A stretch of 52,348 bases of DNA from Anaerovoracaceae bacterium (GCA_963590215.1 CAVAON010000003.1:1-52348); one strand, 5' to 3'; shown: positions 1 through 9,935, counted from the first letter of the stretch. Notes: a model not told the origin generated them from the sequence alone. Made by a program: numbers and translations.

Positions 1-134
1 TTTATTATGTTGATAATATTGTTATATATAACAGTATTCAGAGGATATTTTCAGGCTTATGACCATATAAAAATGGTACATATAATATTATAATTATATT
101 AACATTATACGTCAATACACACAGGAGGTTTGAA

Positions 135-1523
135 ATGAAAATGAAAAAAGCTGCTTCACGGTCATGCTCAACGCTTATTGCATTAAGCAGCGCAACAAAA
201 AACGGAGATGTTATTTTTGGTAAAAACAGTGATCGTCCCGTAAACGAATCGCAACCGCTGGCATATTTCCCGCCGGCAGATCACGAAAAAGGTGAGATGG
301 TGCAGTGCACCTATATAAAAATCCCGGAGGTTTCACATACCTACGGATATATAGGCTCAAGACCGTACAATATATTTGGTTTTGAACATGGTGTAAACGA
401 ACATGGAGTAATCATAGGAAATGAAGCTGTAACCGGCAGAGAAACACCTGAGCTTAAATGGGGCCTTATAGGAATGGACATTCTGAGGCTTGCCCTTGCA
501 AGATCAGACAGTGCGGCAAAGGCTGTAGAAGTTATAGGCGAGCTGCTTGAAACCTACGGAACAGGTGGAGATCCGCTTATCAGACCGCAGTATTTCAATG
601 CCAACTATATTATTGCAGACTACAACGAGGCATATATATTTGAATCCTGCCAGAGAATGTGGGCTGCCAAGAAGATAGAGCATGTAGGCCACATAGGAAA
701 TATCTATGCTCTCAGAGATGACTATGACCTTATAGGCAAAAACGTAATCAAAGAGGCTGCGGCTAAGGGCTGGTGCAGAGATGAGGAGAGAATAAACATA
801 GGTGAAACTTTCTCCATTTCAGACTGCGATTATGAGGACGGAGAAGCGTATTTCAGATACATCAGACAGGAAGAACTGATGAAAAACAGAGATCCGTTCA
901 CTGTAAAAATGATGATGAACAATCTGCGTGACCATTACGATATGGACTACAGAAAACCTATACAATATGATATTGCAACTTCCAAAATGCCTACAATATG
1001 CTGCCATCCGGGCGGTATGAACGGCTGCGCATCAGCTGCAAGCGTGGTATGCTCACTTGATAAGAATGCGCCTGAGCCTTTCAAAATCACATACTGGGGA
1101 AGCATGGCTCCGCCTTGCTGCTCGGTATTTACACCTAAATTCAATATCGGCTGGATGCCGGAGCAGCTGGCAGTTGCAGATGCTGTATATAATCCGGACA
1201 GCCCTTGGTGGATTTTCAACGAGCTTGAAAGATACATCTCTTTAAGCTACAACGACTTTGCTCTTATGGCGCAGGAAGTATTTCAGCCTATGGAGGACGA
1301 GCTGATACAGCAGGTTGAGCAGGCTAAGAGTGAATACGACGGCAACGATGAAAAACTCAAGGCCCTTTCACAGGAAGCATTTGAGAGAAGCATTGCCGCA
1401 GCAAGAGATCTTACCGCAAAGATAAAGGCTAAGTTGCCATCCACAAGAATTAATTATCTGATGCTTGATTATTTCAGGGATTCGGCCGATATGTGCGGAA
1501 TGCCTTATGATCTGAAACTTTAA
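135..1523 (+). CDS. C69-family dipeptidase-like Ntn hydrolase
   Basis: 462-aa ORF with AGGAGG RBS 6 nt upstream. N-terminus ..SRS-C-STLIAL...GDVIFGKNSDRP resembles the Cys-nucleophile start of peptidase C69 dipeptidases. Length is typical for the family. Confidence 0.65.
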   Translation: MKMKKAASRSCSTLIALSSATKNGDVIFGKNSDRPVNESQPLAYFPPADHEKGEMVQCTYIKIPEVSHTYGYIGSRPYNIFGFEHGVNEHGVIIGNEAVTGRETPELKWGLIGMDILRLALARSDSAAKAVEVIGELLETYGTGGDPLIRPQYFNANYIIADYNEAYIFESCQRMWAAKKIEHVGHIGNIYALRDDYDLIGKNVIKEAAAKGWCRDEERINIGETFSISDCDYEDGEAYFRYIRQEELMKNRDPFTVKMMMNNLRDHYDMDYRKPIQYDIATSKMPTICCHPGGMNGCASAASVVCSLDKNAPEPFKITYWGSMAPPCCSVFTPKFNIGWMPEQLAVADAVYNPDSPWWIFNELERYISLSYNDFALMAQEVFQPMEDELIQQVEQAKSEYDGNDEKLKALSQEAFERSIAAARDLTAKIKAKLPSTRINYLMLDYFRDSADMCGMPYDLKL

Positions 1524-1546
1524 AGAACAGAGAGGAAACATACAAA

Positions 1547-3139
1547 ATGAGTGATAATGGATTGAAAAAACAAAGCGTAGGCCTTATAGGTCTTGTGGGA
1601 ATGATATACGCAATGACCGCAGCCGGCGCTTACGGTATAGAGGATATGATATCCTCATCAGGACCGGGAATGACAATAATAATGCTGTTTGTACTGCCGA
1701 TTATATGGGCTTTTCCTATAGCTCTTGCATCATGCGAGCTGGGCTCTGCAATTCCTGATGAATGTGGATTTTACAGATGGGTTCAGAGAGCTCTGGGCGA
1801 GTTCTGGGGTTTCCAGATCGGCTGGCTCAAAAATATAGGGATATATATAAATGTTGCAGTATTTGTTGTACTGTCAACAGATTACCTTGCTTCATATCTG
1901 GGACTCAACAATCTTCAGAGCTATATATGCAAGATAATCATAATCGGAGTTTTCACATGGATAAACCTCAGAGGAGTAAAGGACGTTGCAATCGTAAGCT
2001 CGATAATATCAGGCGCGATTCTGGTTGCCTTTGCAGGCATTGCGATTATAGGGTTTATTCATTTCTCACACAATCCGTTTGAACCTGTTGTTGCTACAGG
2101 ACAGACAGTTGTAGGCAGTATAGGCTCAAGCATAGCAATCGGTATGTGGATGTATGCAGGCTATGAGTCAATGTCAAGTCTTGCAGGAGAGGTTAAAGAT
2201 CCGCAGATGATTCCAAAGGCTATAATAATAGCGCTGCCTTTGATTATAGGCACATATGTACTCCCTACAGTAGCATCTCTTGGTTCCATAGGGCAGTGGG
2301 ATCAGTGGGGATCCGACGGAGTTTCATATGTAAATGTTGCGATGCAGTTTGCTCCTGCATTCGGAGTTGCATTTGTAATGGTTGCTTTCATATCAAACAT
2401 ATCAATGTTTAACGTTTATCTGGCATCAGGCGCAAGAGGCTTCTTTGTAATGGCAGAGGATAACCTTGCCCCTAAGGCGCTTGTAAAGTGCGACAGAAAA
2501 AGAGGCGTTCCGTATGTGGCAATTATAAGTCTGTCGGTGGTTTCGCTGATTTTATGCGCATTTAAGTTTGACATACTTGTTACTATAGTTTCACTGTTTA
2601 ATCTGGGACTTTATTCTCTGATTATGATTTCACAGATAGTTCTGAGGAGAAAAGAGCCTGACCTGCCTAGGCCTTACAGAATTAAGCTGGGCAAGGTAGG
2701 AACTGACATATTCTGCGCGGTTCCTGTTGTGGTTGCGTTTATAGCACTTTATATAAACGGCGCGGACTATTTCGTAATGGGACTTCTAGGTATGATATCA
2801 GGACCTATCGCGTATATATTCTTCAAGAGAATTTACGGTGGCCTATACAAGAATGATCCTGAGAAGTATCCTATAAATGAAAAAACAAAGCTTGCAGTCG
2901 GAGATACCAAGAGAATATCATTTGCTTTCGGGCTTCTGGCAGTGCTTATGATTATAGGCAGACTGTTTCTTCCGGGATATGAGGATCATGCATATTACAC
3001 AGAAGCCTACGGTGTTGACAATATGTTTGATATTCTGATGATGCTTGTAACCGTCGGAGCTGCGGTATGCGCAGTGCTGGCCGTTGTATTTGGAGTTTTA
3101 TACAATAAGACAGAATCGAAGGAAGCAATTAATGGATAA
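1547..3139 (+). CDS. APC-family amino acid/polyamine permease
   Basis: 530-aa ORF, hydrophobic throughout with about 12 predicted TM segments. N-terminal GAYGIEDM and internal GYESMSSLAGEVKDP motifs are typical of APC transporters. Confidence 0.8.
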   Translation: MSDNGLKKQSVGLIGLVGMIYAMTAAGAYGIEDMISSSGPGMTIIMLFVLPIIWAFPIALASCELGSAIPDECGFYRWVQRALGEFWGFQIGWLKNIGIYINVAVFVVLSTDYLASYLGLNNLQSYICKIIIIGVFTWINLRGVKDVAIVSSIISGAILVAFAGIAIIGFIHFSHNPFEPVVATGQTVVGSIGSSIAIGMWMYAGYESMSSLAGEVKDPQMIPKAIIIALPLIIGTYVLPTVASLGSIGQWDQWGSDGVSYVNVAMQFAPAFGVAFVMVAFISNISMFNVYLASGARGFFVMAEDNLAPKALVKCDRKRGVPYVAIISLSVVSLILCAFKFDILVTIVSLFNLGLYSLIMISQIVLRRKEPDLPRPYRIKLGKVGTDIFCAVPVVVAFIALYINGADYFVMGLLGMISGPIAYIFFKRIYGGLYKNDPEKYPINEKTKLAVGDTKRISFAFGLLAVLMIIGRLFLPGYEDHAYYTEAYGVDNMFDILMMLVTVGAAVCAVLAVVFGVLYNKTESKEAING

Positions 3140-4280
3140 GCAAAATGCTCTGAAAAAAAAATACCTTATAATGCCCGACTCTTTCAAAGGTACTATGGAC
3201 TCCATTGAAGTATGCGAGATTATGAAAGCCGCAGTGCTTGAAGAAAACCCGGGTGCGGAGGTTGTAACTGTTCCCGTTGCTGATGGAGGAGAAGGCACAG
3301 TAGACTGTTTTCTTTCTGCCTTTGGAGGCAAGAAGAAAACAGTGACAGTAACAGGCCCTTACGGTAAAAAAGTGCAGGCAGCCTATGGTATTACAGGAAA
3401 TATTGCAATTATTGAAATGGCAGCTGCTTCAGGATTTGCACTTACTGATGAAGGCAGGAGAGATCCGTCAGTGGCAACAACATTCGGGGTCGGAGAACTC
3501 GTCAGCGATGCAGTTGAATCGGGTTGCAGGCATATAATATTGGGCCTTGGCGGAAGTTGCAGTAATGACGGTGGTGCAGGAATGGCAGCAGCTCTTGGAA
3601 CCGTGTTTTATGATAAATCAGGAAGCCCATTTGTGCCTGTCGGCAGAAACCTTGACAGAATAAGCAGGATAGATAAAAGAGTTTCTGACAGACTTTTGCA
3701 GGATGTAGTAATAGAGGCAATGTGTGATATAGACAATCCGCTGTATGGGGCAAATGGAGCAGCCTGTGTGTTTGCACCTCAAAAAGGTGCTGATGATGCT
3801 ATGGTCAGAGTGCTTGACGATAATCTGAGAAAATACGCAGAAACCGTAAAAACCGAAACAGGCATAGATATTTCAGACCTTGCAGGTGGCGGCGCTGCAG
3901 GGGGAGCAGGCGCGGGAGCATATGCTTTTCTTGGAGCAGACCTCAGACAGGGGATTGATGTGATACTTGATATGCTGGGATTTGAAGAATTGATTAAAGA
4001 CTGTAAAGTAATATTCACAGGTGAAGGCAGCTTTGACAGCCAGAGCCTTGGTGGCAAGGTAGCTGTAGGGATTTCAAGAAGAGCCGTGAAATCAGGTATC
4101 CCTGTTATAGTTGTGGCAGGAAGTGTTGCAGATAATCTGAAAGGGCTTTCAGAAGTCGGGATTACAGATGCATTTCAGACTGACCCAGGCACTTACAAAA
4201 GCAGGGAAGAGATGTTTGCAAACTGCAAAAAAGACTTGAGAAGGACAATGCTTGAGATACTTGCCGGGACAGACCTGTAG
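3132..4280 (+). CDS. glxK: glycerate kinase
   Basis: MPDSFKGT...VPVADGGEGT...GEGSFDSQSLGGK motifs of the glycerate kinase family. The ORF track starts at 3084, but the in-frame ATG at 3132 overlaps the permease stop (3137-3139) and is the more likely start. Confidence 0.85.
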   Translation: MDKQNALKKKYLIMPDSFKGTMDSIEVCEIMKAAVLEENPGAEVVTVPVADGGEGTVDCFLSAFGGKKKTVTVTGPYGKKVQAAYGITGNIAIIEMAAASGFALTDEGRRDPSVATTFGVGELVSDAVESGCRHIILGLGGSCSNDGGAGMAAALGTVFYDKSGSPFVPVGRNLDRISRIDKRVSDRLLQDVVIEAMCDIDNPLYGANGAACVFAPQKGADDAMVRVLDDNLRKYAETVKTETGIDISDLAGGGAAGGAGAGAYAFLGADLRQGIDVILDMLGFEELIKDCKVIFTGEGSFDSQSLGGKVAVGISRRAVKSGIPVIVVAGSVADNLKGLSEVGITDAFQTDPGTYKSREEMFANCKKDLRRTMLEILAGTDL

Positions 4281-4325
4281 GTATATATAGCAGGAAAATT
4301 TATAAGAATAATATATACAATATGT

Positions 4326-4362
4326 GAGCCTTGGAAATGATTCTGAGGCTCTGTTATTTTTT
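4326..4362 (+). terminator. intrinsic terminator after glxK
   Basis: GAGCCT (4326-4331) / AGGCTC (4346-4351) stem followed by TGTTATTTTTT. Confidence 0.6.
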
Positions 4363-4385
4363 GCAGATAAAAGCAAAGTGTGATA

Positions 4386-4413
4386 TTGAAAATTTATTTG
4401 ATAGTAGTATAAT
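4386..4413 (+). promoter_or_regulatory. sigma-A type promoter of the TetR operon
   Basis: TTGAAA (4386-4391), 16-nt spacer, TATAAT (4408-4413). Confidence 0.6.
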
Positions 4414-4419
4414 AGTGTT

Positions 4420-4435
4420 GTGAATGATTGTTCAC
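4420..4435. promoter_or_regulatory. inverted repeat GTGAA-N6-TTCAC, candidate TetR operator
   Basis: Dyad lies immediately downstream of the -10 box and upstream of the probable TetR start codon (4448). Confidence 0.4.
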
Positions 4436-4447
4436 GAGAGAGGAATT

Positions 4448-5074
4448 ATGTATAAAAAATTAGATGATGAAATTTTGAATAATATACTTGAGTCCGGTAT
4501 TAATGAGTTTGTAGACAAGGGGCTTGGCGGTGCAAGCATGAGAAGCATTGCCCGGCGCGCAGGTGTCAGTGTCGGAGTAATATACAAATATTACAGCGAC
4601 AAGGATAGCTTTTTCAGAGCCTGCCTTGCTCACAGCCTGCAGCTTTTAGACAGGGTGCTTGCAGATGCTGTAAATGAAGAGGACGATATTGACGTATGCA
4701 TCAGAAATATAGTATATGCCCTTGTCAGAAATTCAGAGCAGCATTCAAATTACAATGCTATGTACAACGAAATAACATCGGGGAGCTGTAGAATCTATGC
4801 CGCAGAGTTTGCAAAAGAGATAGAAATAAGGTCAGCTAAGGTATACAGATGCCTTATAGCTAAAGCACAGGAACAAGGAAGAATTTCGAAAGAGATAGAT
4901 AGCGGCACCCTGGCGTTTTTCTTTGACAATCTGCTGATGATGCTGCAGTTTTCACTGAGCTGTGGATATTACAAAGAAAGAATGAAAATCTTTTGTGGAG
5001 AGAGTACGGACAAAGAAGATATTGCTGAATATATGATAACTTTTATTGAAAAAGCACTGACTAAGGAGGCATAG
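4448..5074 (+). CDS. TetR/AcrR family transcriptional regulator
   Basis: N-terminal HTH SMRSIARRAGVSVGVIYKYYSDKDSFF. The ORF track starts at 4424; the ATG at 4448 has a GAGAGAGG purine tract upstream. Confidence 0.85.
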   Translation: MYKKLDDEILNNILESGINEFVDKGLGGASMRSIARRAGVSVGVIYKYYSDKDSFFRACLAHSLQLLDRVLADAVNEEDDIDVCIRNIVYALVRNSEQHSNYNAMYNEITSGSCRIYAAEFAKEIEIRSAKVYRCLIAKAQEQGRISKEIDSGTLAFFFDNLLMMLQFSLSCGYYKERMKIFCGESTDKEDIAEYMITFIEKALTKEA

Positions 5075-5075
5075 T

Positions 5076-6668
5076 ATGTATGTAATTGCTTATGATATAG
5101 GCACGACAGGACTCAAAACCTGCCTGTATTCCATAGAGGACAGGGTAAGTCTTGTGGCGGGTGCTTACCAGGATTATGATTTATATATCCTTGAAGGCGG
5201 TGGTGCGGAGCAGGATGCAGACCAGTGGTGGGATGCCATGTGCAGCACTACTCAAAAGCTAATAGGGCAGACAAAAATCGCTCCCGAAATGATTAAGGGA
5301 TTGTCATTCTGCTCACAGATGCAGGGACTTGTGCTTGCAGATGAGAAGGCAAATGCACTTAGAAGACCTATGAGCTATATGGATCAGCGAGCTTCGAAGG
5401 TTATGAAATCTGTGCAGGGCAGGGGCATTACAGTTTCGGGAGTGAACATTGTGAAGCTCATTAAATCCCTTGTGATAACCCATGCAGCTTCTACAAGTGT
5501 CAAGGATCCGCTGTGGAAATACAAATGGGTTGAGGCAAATGAGCCGGAAGTATTCAGGAAAGTTCACAAATGGCTTGATGTCAAAGAATACCTCATAGCA
5601 AGATGTACAGGCAATTTTGTTATGACAAAGGACTCCGCATATTCGACATTTCTTTATGATACCCGCAAAGGCAAAGAGGGCTGGAGCAAAACACTTTGCA
5701 GGTCATACGGTATTGATATGGGGCATCTTCCAAAGGTCATATCGTCTACCGATGTTGCAGGAACTCTGACCGAAAAAGCTGCTGAGCAGCTTGGGCTTGC
5801 CGCAGGCACTGCCGTATACGGCGGAGGCGGGGACGCCACTTTAATAGGTCTTGGCGCTGGCTGTACCCGGGCAGGACAGACACATATATACTGGGGAACC
5901 TCGGGCTGGGTTGAAACAATCACAGACAGGCAGTATGTGGATATAGTTTCGATGATAGCAGCCATTATGAATGCGGAGGATGGCAAATACAACTACTTCG
6001 CCGAAATGGAAACTGCAGGTAAATGCTTTGAATGGGTCAAAAACCATCTGGCGCTTGATGAGATAGGAATATATTTAAGAAAAACAGATGTTGCGGACAA
6101 CATAGAGGGCATATACGAAAGCCTTTATGATTATCTGTCAGAAGTTATATCAGAGGTTCCGGCAGGTGCCGGAGGCGTGATATTCACCCCCTGGCTTCAC
6201 GGCAACCGCTGTCCTTTTGAAGATCCTTCAGCTGCAGGTATGTTTTTTAACATAGGAATTGAAACAGGCAAGAAACAGATGATAAGAGCAGTTGTTGAGG
6301 GAGTTTGTTATCATCTCAGATGGATGCTGGAGTGTCAGGAAAAAAAGATAAAGACATCACAGACTGTCAGATTTGCAGGCGGCGGTGCCCTGTCAGATGT
6401 CACATGCCAGATACTTGCAGACATTACAGGCAGAAGAATACAGACTGTAGCCGATTCCAAGGATGTAGGCTCTGCAGGGGCAGCAATCCTCGCAGGAGTA
6501 GGAGCGGGAGTGATACCCGGCTTTGACAGTGTTGCGGAGTATATACCGGCAGAAAAAACATTTGAACCTGATGAAGGTCTCAAAGCTGTCTACGAAAGGA
6601 ATTATCAGGTATTCAGACAGCTTTACAGTAATAACAAAAAAAGTTTCAGGATTTTGAACGGAGAGTAG
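5076..6668 (+). CDS. FGGY-family carbohydrate kinase
   Basis: 530 aa. N-terminal YVIAYDIGTTGLK and C-terminal GGGALS/GAAILAG motifs are typical of xylulokinase/glycerol kinase-like FGGY kinases. Confidence 0.85.
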   Translation: MYVIAYDIGTTGLKTCLYSIEDRVSLVAGAYQDYDLYILEGGGAEQDADQWWDAMCSTTQKLIGQTKIAPEMIKGLSFCSQMQGLVLADEKANALRRPMSYMDQRASKVMKSVQGRGITVSGVNIVKLIKSLVITHAASTSVKDPLWKYKWVEANEPEVFRKVHKWLDVKEYLIARCTGNFVMTKDSAYSTFLYDTRKGKEGWSKTLCRSYGIDMGHLPKVISSTDVAGTLTEKAAEQLGLAAGTAVYGGGGDATLIGLGAGCTRAGQTHIYWGTSGWVETITDRQYVDIVSMIAAIMNAEDGKYNYFAEMETAGKCFEWVKNHLALDEIGIYLRKTDVADNIEGIYESLYDYLSEVISEVPAGAGGVIFTPWLHGNRCPFEDPSAAGMFFNIGIETGKKQMIRAVVEGVCYHLRWMLECQEKKIKTSQTVRFAGGGALSDVTCQILADITGRRIQTVADSKDVGSAGAAILAGVGAGVIPGFDSVAEYIPAEKTFEPDEGLKAVYERNYQVFRQLYSNNKKSFRILNGE

Positions 6669-6671
6669 ATT

Positions 6672-7592
6672 ATGGATACAGCAAAAGCACAGGAGCAGGT
6701 TGCAGCAACAGGCAGACAGCTTCTTGATATGGGGCTTGTGGCAAGAACATGGGGCAATATATCATGCAGAGTGGACGAAAACCACTGCGCTATAACTCCC
6801 AGCGGACTTGATTACAGACAGATGAAAGCAGAGGATACAGCAGTTCTGGATATTGAGTCAGGAGAATGGCAGGGAAATCACAAACCATCGGGTGAAAAGG
6901 GCGTGCACATGGCAGCTTACAGACAGTTCTCCGATGCAGGATTTGTAATACACACCCACCAAAGCTATGCAACAGCAATAGGCCTTTCAGGCTTTGACAG
7001 CCTTGATATTACAGAAGAAGAAACAGAGACTCTGGGCGGAATAGCCCTTGCAGCTTATGGGCTTCCGGGAACAAAAAAACTGACCGGTGCAGTTACAGAC
7101 AGATTAAAAGAAGGGAATCATACGATACTTATGGCTCACCATGGAGTCCTTGTCTGTGGCAGGGACAAAGATGAGGCGATGAAACGTGTACAGCTCCTTG
7201 AAGAAATATGTGCGAGAAATCTGAAGAATTCCGGTGAGAATGGCAGAGAAGCAGTATTAAAAACAGCTGAACTTGGCAGGCCTGTATGTGCGCAGCTTGA
7301 TGATATGGCACAGATGATAGGAAGAAAAATCCCTGTTGCAGGGAGTATGGCGGAAGCAGACAGGCTTTTGCAGAAATACAATGCTGTAATTGTAAAAGGT
7401 GACGGTATTAAAGTCAGGGCAGACAGCGAAGATGACAGAGAAGCTCTAAAGATGCTCGTTGAAAAAGCCTGCATCTGCCACTTGCATACGTTAGAGGAAG
7501 CCTCACATACAAGGCTTGGTGTGTTTGACGTAATGCTGATGAACATAGTTTACAAGACAAAATACTCTAAACAAAAGAATGGAGAAAGATAA
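6672..7592 (+). CDS. class II aldolase/adducin-domain protein with C-terminal extension
   Basis: TWGNISCR...ITPSG...HTHQSYA...MAHHGVLVCG motifs of class II (metal-dependent) aldolase/epimerase/decarboxylase fold, plus about 110 extra C-terminal residues. Confidence 0.8.
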   Translation: MDTAKAQEQVAATGRQLLDMGLVARTWGNISCRVDENHCAITPSGLDYRQMKAEDTAVLDIESGEWQGNHKPSGEKGVHMAAYRQFSDAGFVIHTHQSYATAIGLSGFDSLDITEEETETLGGIALAAYGLPGTKKLTGAVTDRLKEGNHTILMAHHGVLVCGRDKDEAMKRVQLLEEICARNLKNSGENGREAVLKTAELGRPVCAQLDDMAQMIGRKIPVAGSMAEADRLLQKYNAVIVKGDGIKVRADSEDDREALKMLVEKACICHLHTLEEASHTRLGVFDVMLMNIVYKTKYSKQKNGER

Positions 7593-7595
7593 AAA

Positions 7596-8054
7596 ATGGC
7601 GAACAACAAACAAAAAGAAACCGTAAGAATAATCAAATTTGTTCTGTTTTCTGCTTCTGCAGGAATAATCGAGCTGGGATCGTTCACATTGTTAAACGAG
7701 CTGACAAAGTGGAGCTACTGGCCATGCTATCTGATAGCGCTGATACTGTCGGTTTTGTGGAATTTTACTCTAAACAGGAAATTCACATTCAAATCGGCAA
7801 GCAATGTGCCGGTGGCAATGGCGAAGATATTTGCTTTTTACTGCGTGTTTACTCCGGTGACAACTATATTGGGGAATTATCTTGCAGAAGAACTGCTCTG
7901 GAATGAATACATAGTTACAGGCATCAATATGGCACTGAATATATCGACGGAATATCTGTATGACAGATTTATAGTGTTCAGAAAAACTTTAGATACAAAC
8001 AAAGCTGCACTCAAACAGCAACAAAGGGAAAACGGAGGTACTTACAATGATTAA
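7596..8054 (+). CDS. GtrA-family membrane protein
   Basis: 152 aa with four hydrophobic segments and a WNFTLNRKFTF motif characteristic of GtrA-like proteins. Confidence 0.75.
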   Translation: MANNKQKETVRIIKFVLFSASAGIIELGSFTLLNELTKWSYWPCYLIALILSVLWNFTLNRKFTFKSASNVPVAMAKIFAFYCVFTPVTTILGNYLAEELLWNEYIVTGINMALNISTEYLYDRFIVFRKTLDTNKAALKQQQRENGGTYND

Positions 8055-9546
8055 AAACTGCGGAATTACAAGATGGGACAATCCTGACGAGATAAACAGG
8101 CAGCTTAAAAATCTGACAGATCAGGAGATATGGGAGGTTGATGATGAGTATTACAATGATGTTGTAATGAAATATTTTGATGAAAAATGCAAGGGCTCCA
8201 AGGCTATATATGAGGAGTCAAAACAGTACATACCGGGAGGGGTACAGCATAATCTGGCATTTAACAAGCCGTTTCCTATGTGTATGGCCAAGACAGACGG
8301 CGCATATCTTTATGACTATGACGGCAACAGATATATAGACTTCTTGCAGGCAGGAGGTCCTACAATACTGGGAAGCAATTACCCTGCAATCAGAGAGCAG
8401 GTTATAGAGCTGCTTAATACCTGCGGCCCTGTAACGGGACTGCTTCACGAGGCGGAGCTTATGATAGCAAGAGAAATCAACAGGCACATGCCAAACGTCG
8501 AGATGTTCCGTATGCTGGGTTCGGGTACAGAGTCTGTTATGGCGGCACTTCGTATAGCAAGGATTGCAACAGGCAACAAGCGTATAATCAAAATAGGAGG
8601 CGCTTATCATGGATGGTCTGATCAGATGGTATATGGGCTCAAAATACCAGGAAGCAGGGCTCTGCTTGAATCTCACGGCATACCAAAGGGCGCATACAAA
8701 ACTACAGATGAGGTGAGACCAAATGACCTTGATATGCTTGAAAAGATGCTTAAACGAAATAAAATGAAAGGCGGTACAGCAGCAGTTATAGTTGAGCCGG
8801 TAGGTCCTGAAAGCGGTACAAGACCTGTTGCCCATGACTATAACAAGGGCGTTAGGTCATTGTGCGACAAGTATGGCGCTCTTATGATTTTTGATGAGGT
8901 TGTAACAGGATTCAGAGTTGCACTGTCGGGAGCACAGGGATATTTTGATGTAGTTCCCGACCTTACAATCTTCGGTAAGATAGTTGCGGGCGGTTATCCG
9001 TCAGCAGGCGGCGTCGGCGGCAAGAAAGAATACGCGCAGCTTATGGCAGCAGGCCTTGCAACAGGCAAGCACAGAGCCTATGTCGGCGGCACTCTTGCGG
9101 CAAACCCTCTTTCATGTCTTGCAGGATATACGGCAATAAAAGAAATCGAAAAAACAAATGCATGCGAGATAGCGGGCAAAATGGGTGACAGATTGTGTGA
9201 CGGCCTTAAAGAACTTATTGATAGATACGGATTGCCTTATGTAGCATATAATCAGGGATCAATAGTGCATCTTGAGTGTACGGGAGCCATGAGCTTTGAC
9301 TTCTCATCGATGTCGTTCATCAAATCAGCTCTTGGGCTTTTGAAACACAAAGACATGATGTATGTAAGGAAAGATTCAATGGAAAAAATGGGTGCTGCAT
9401 ATATGGCAAACGGTTTAGTTACACTGGCGGGAAGCAGACTGTATACCTCGATGGCAGACACGCCGGAGATAATAGATGAGGCATTAAACAGATTTGAAGA
9501 GGTATTCAGACACGTCAGAAAAACAGACAAGGGTCTATTGAAATAG
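8047..9546 (+). CDS. class III (PLP) aminotransferase, glutamate-1-semialdehyde aminomutase-like
   Basis: 499 aa. GSGTESVMAALRIAR and IFDEVVTGFR motifs and a FGKIVAGGYP region with the candidate PLP lysine. Carries an N-terminal extension of about 60 aa. Start overlaps the GtrA stop by 8 nt. Confidence 0.85.
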   Translation: MIKNCGITRWDNPDEINRQLKNLTDQEIWEVDDEYYNDVVMKYFDEKCKGSKAIYEESKQYIPGGVQHNLAFNKPFPMCMAKTDGAYLYDYDGNRYIDFLQAGGPTILGSNYPAIREQVIELLNTCGPVTGLLHEAELMIAREINRHMPNVEMFRMLGSGTESVMAALRIARIATGNKRIIKIGGAYHGWSDQMVYGLKIPGSRALLESHGIPKGAYKTTDEVRPNDLDMLEKMLKRNKMKGGTAAVIVEPVGPESGTRPVAHDYNKGVRSLCDKYGALMIFDEVVTGFRVALSGAQGYFDVVPDLTIFGKIVAGGYPSAGGVGGKKEYAQLMAAGLATGKHRAYVGGTLAANPLSCLAGYTAIKEIEKTNACEIAGKMGDRLCDGLKELIDRYGLPYVAYNQGSIVHLECTGAMSFDFSSMSFIKSALGLLKHKDMMYVRKDSMEKMGAAYMANGLVTLAGSRLYTSMADTPEIIDEALNRFEEVFRHVRKTDKGLLK

Positions 9547-9572
9547 CAAGCCCGGACTGATTTGATTATACG

Positions 9573-9615
9573 AGGCACCACAAAATTTAGTTTCGAGGTG
9601 CCTTCATATTTTTTT
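9573..9615 (+). terminator. intrinsic terminator after the aminotransferase
   Basis: AGGCACC (9573-9579) / GGTGCCT (9597-9603) stem followed by TCATATTTTTTT. Confidence 0.65.
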
Positions 9616-9659
9616 GAAAAATATAGCGTGTGATTGTTATCCGGTCTGAGCTCTCATCA

Positions 9660-9896
9660 TCAATACGTCAGCCCCCTGCTCCACGCTTTGTGCTGGGAAT
9701 ATTGTCGAGCAAACCGAATACATTCATATCTTTTTTCTGCGGAGCGGTAGAAATACAGCGGCGGTTCGACGATTCCCCTGTTATAATAACTTTTAATAAT
9801 CTCTGAAATCACAAAACTTTCAAAGAAAGCCCCAGCCATAGCACCGTTTTTCAGAACATCCGGTGTGTTCCAACGGGTAAGGTAGGCGGCTAACCC
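9660..9896 (-). pseudogene. remnant of a DUF4143-type (AAA ATPase C-terminal) gene
   Basis: Minus-strand frame reads GLAAYLTRWNTPDVLKNGAMAGAFFESFVISEIIKSYYNRGIVEPPLYFYRSAEKRYECIRFARQYSQHKAWSRGLTY*. From memory, the stretch up to YFYR matches the conserved C-terminal part of AAA_14/DUF4143 ATPases. There is no start codon and no ATPase domain upstream, and the tail has diverged. Confidence 0.45.
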
Positions 9897-9935
9897 ATTT
9901 TTTTAGCGTATGCATGTATGATTTGTATTTGCTTA

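Noticed and set aside
4418-4436. Possible Rex operator (TTGTGAA...TTCAC) upstream of the TetR gene.
   Set aside because: As I recall, Rex boxes are TTGTGAA-N4-TTCACAA. This dyad has a 6-nt spacer and an imperfect right arm, so it is more simply the TetR autoregulatory operator.
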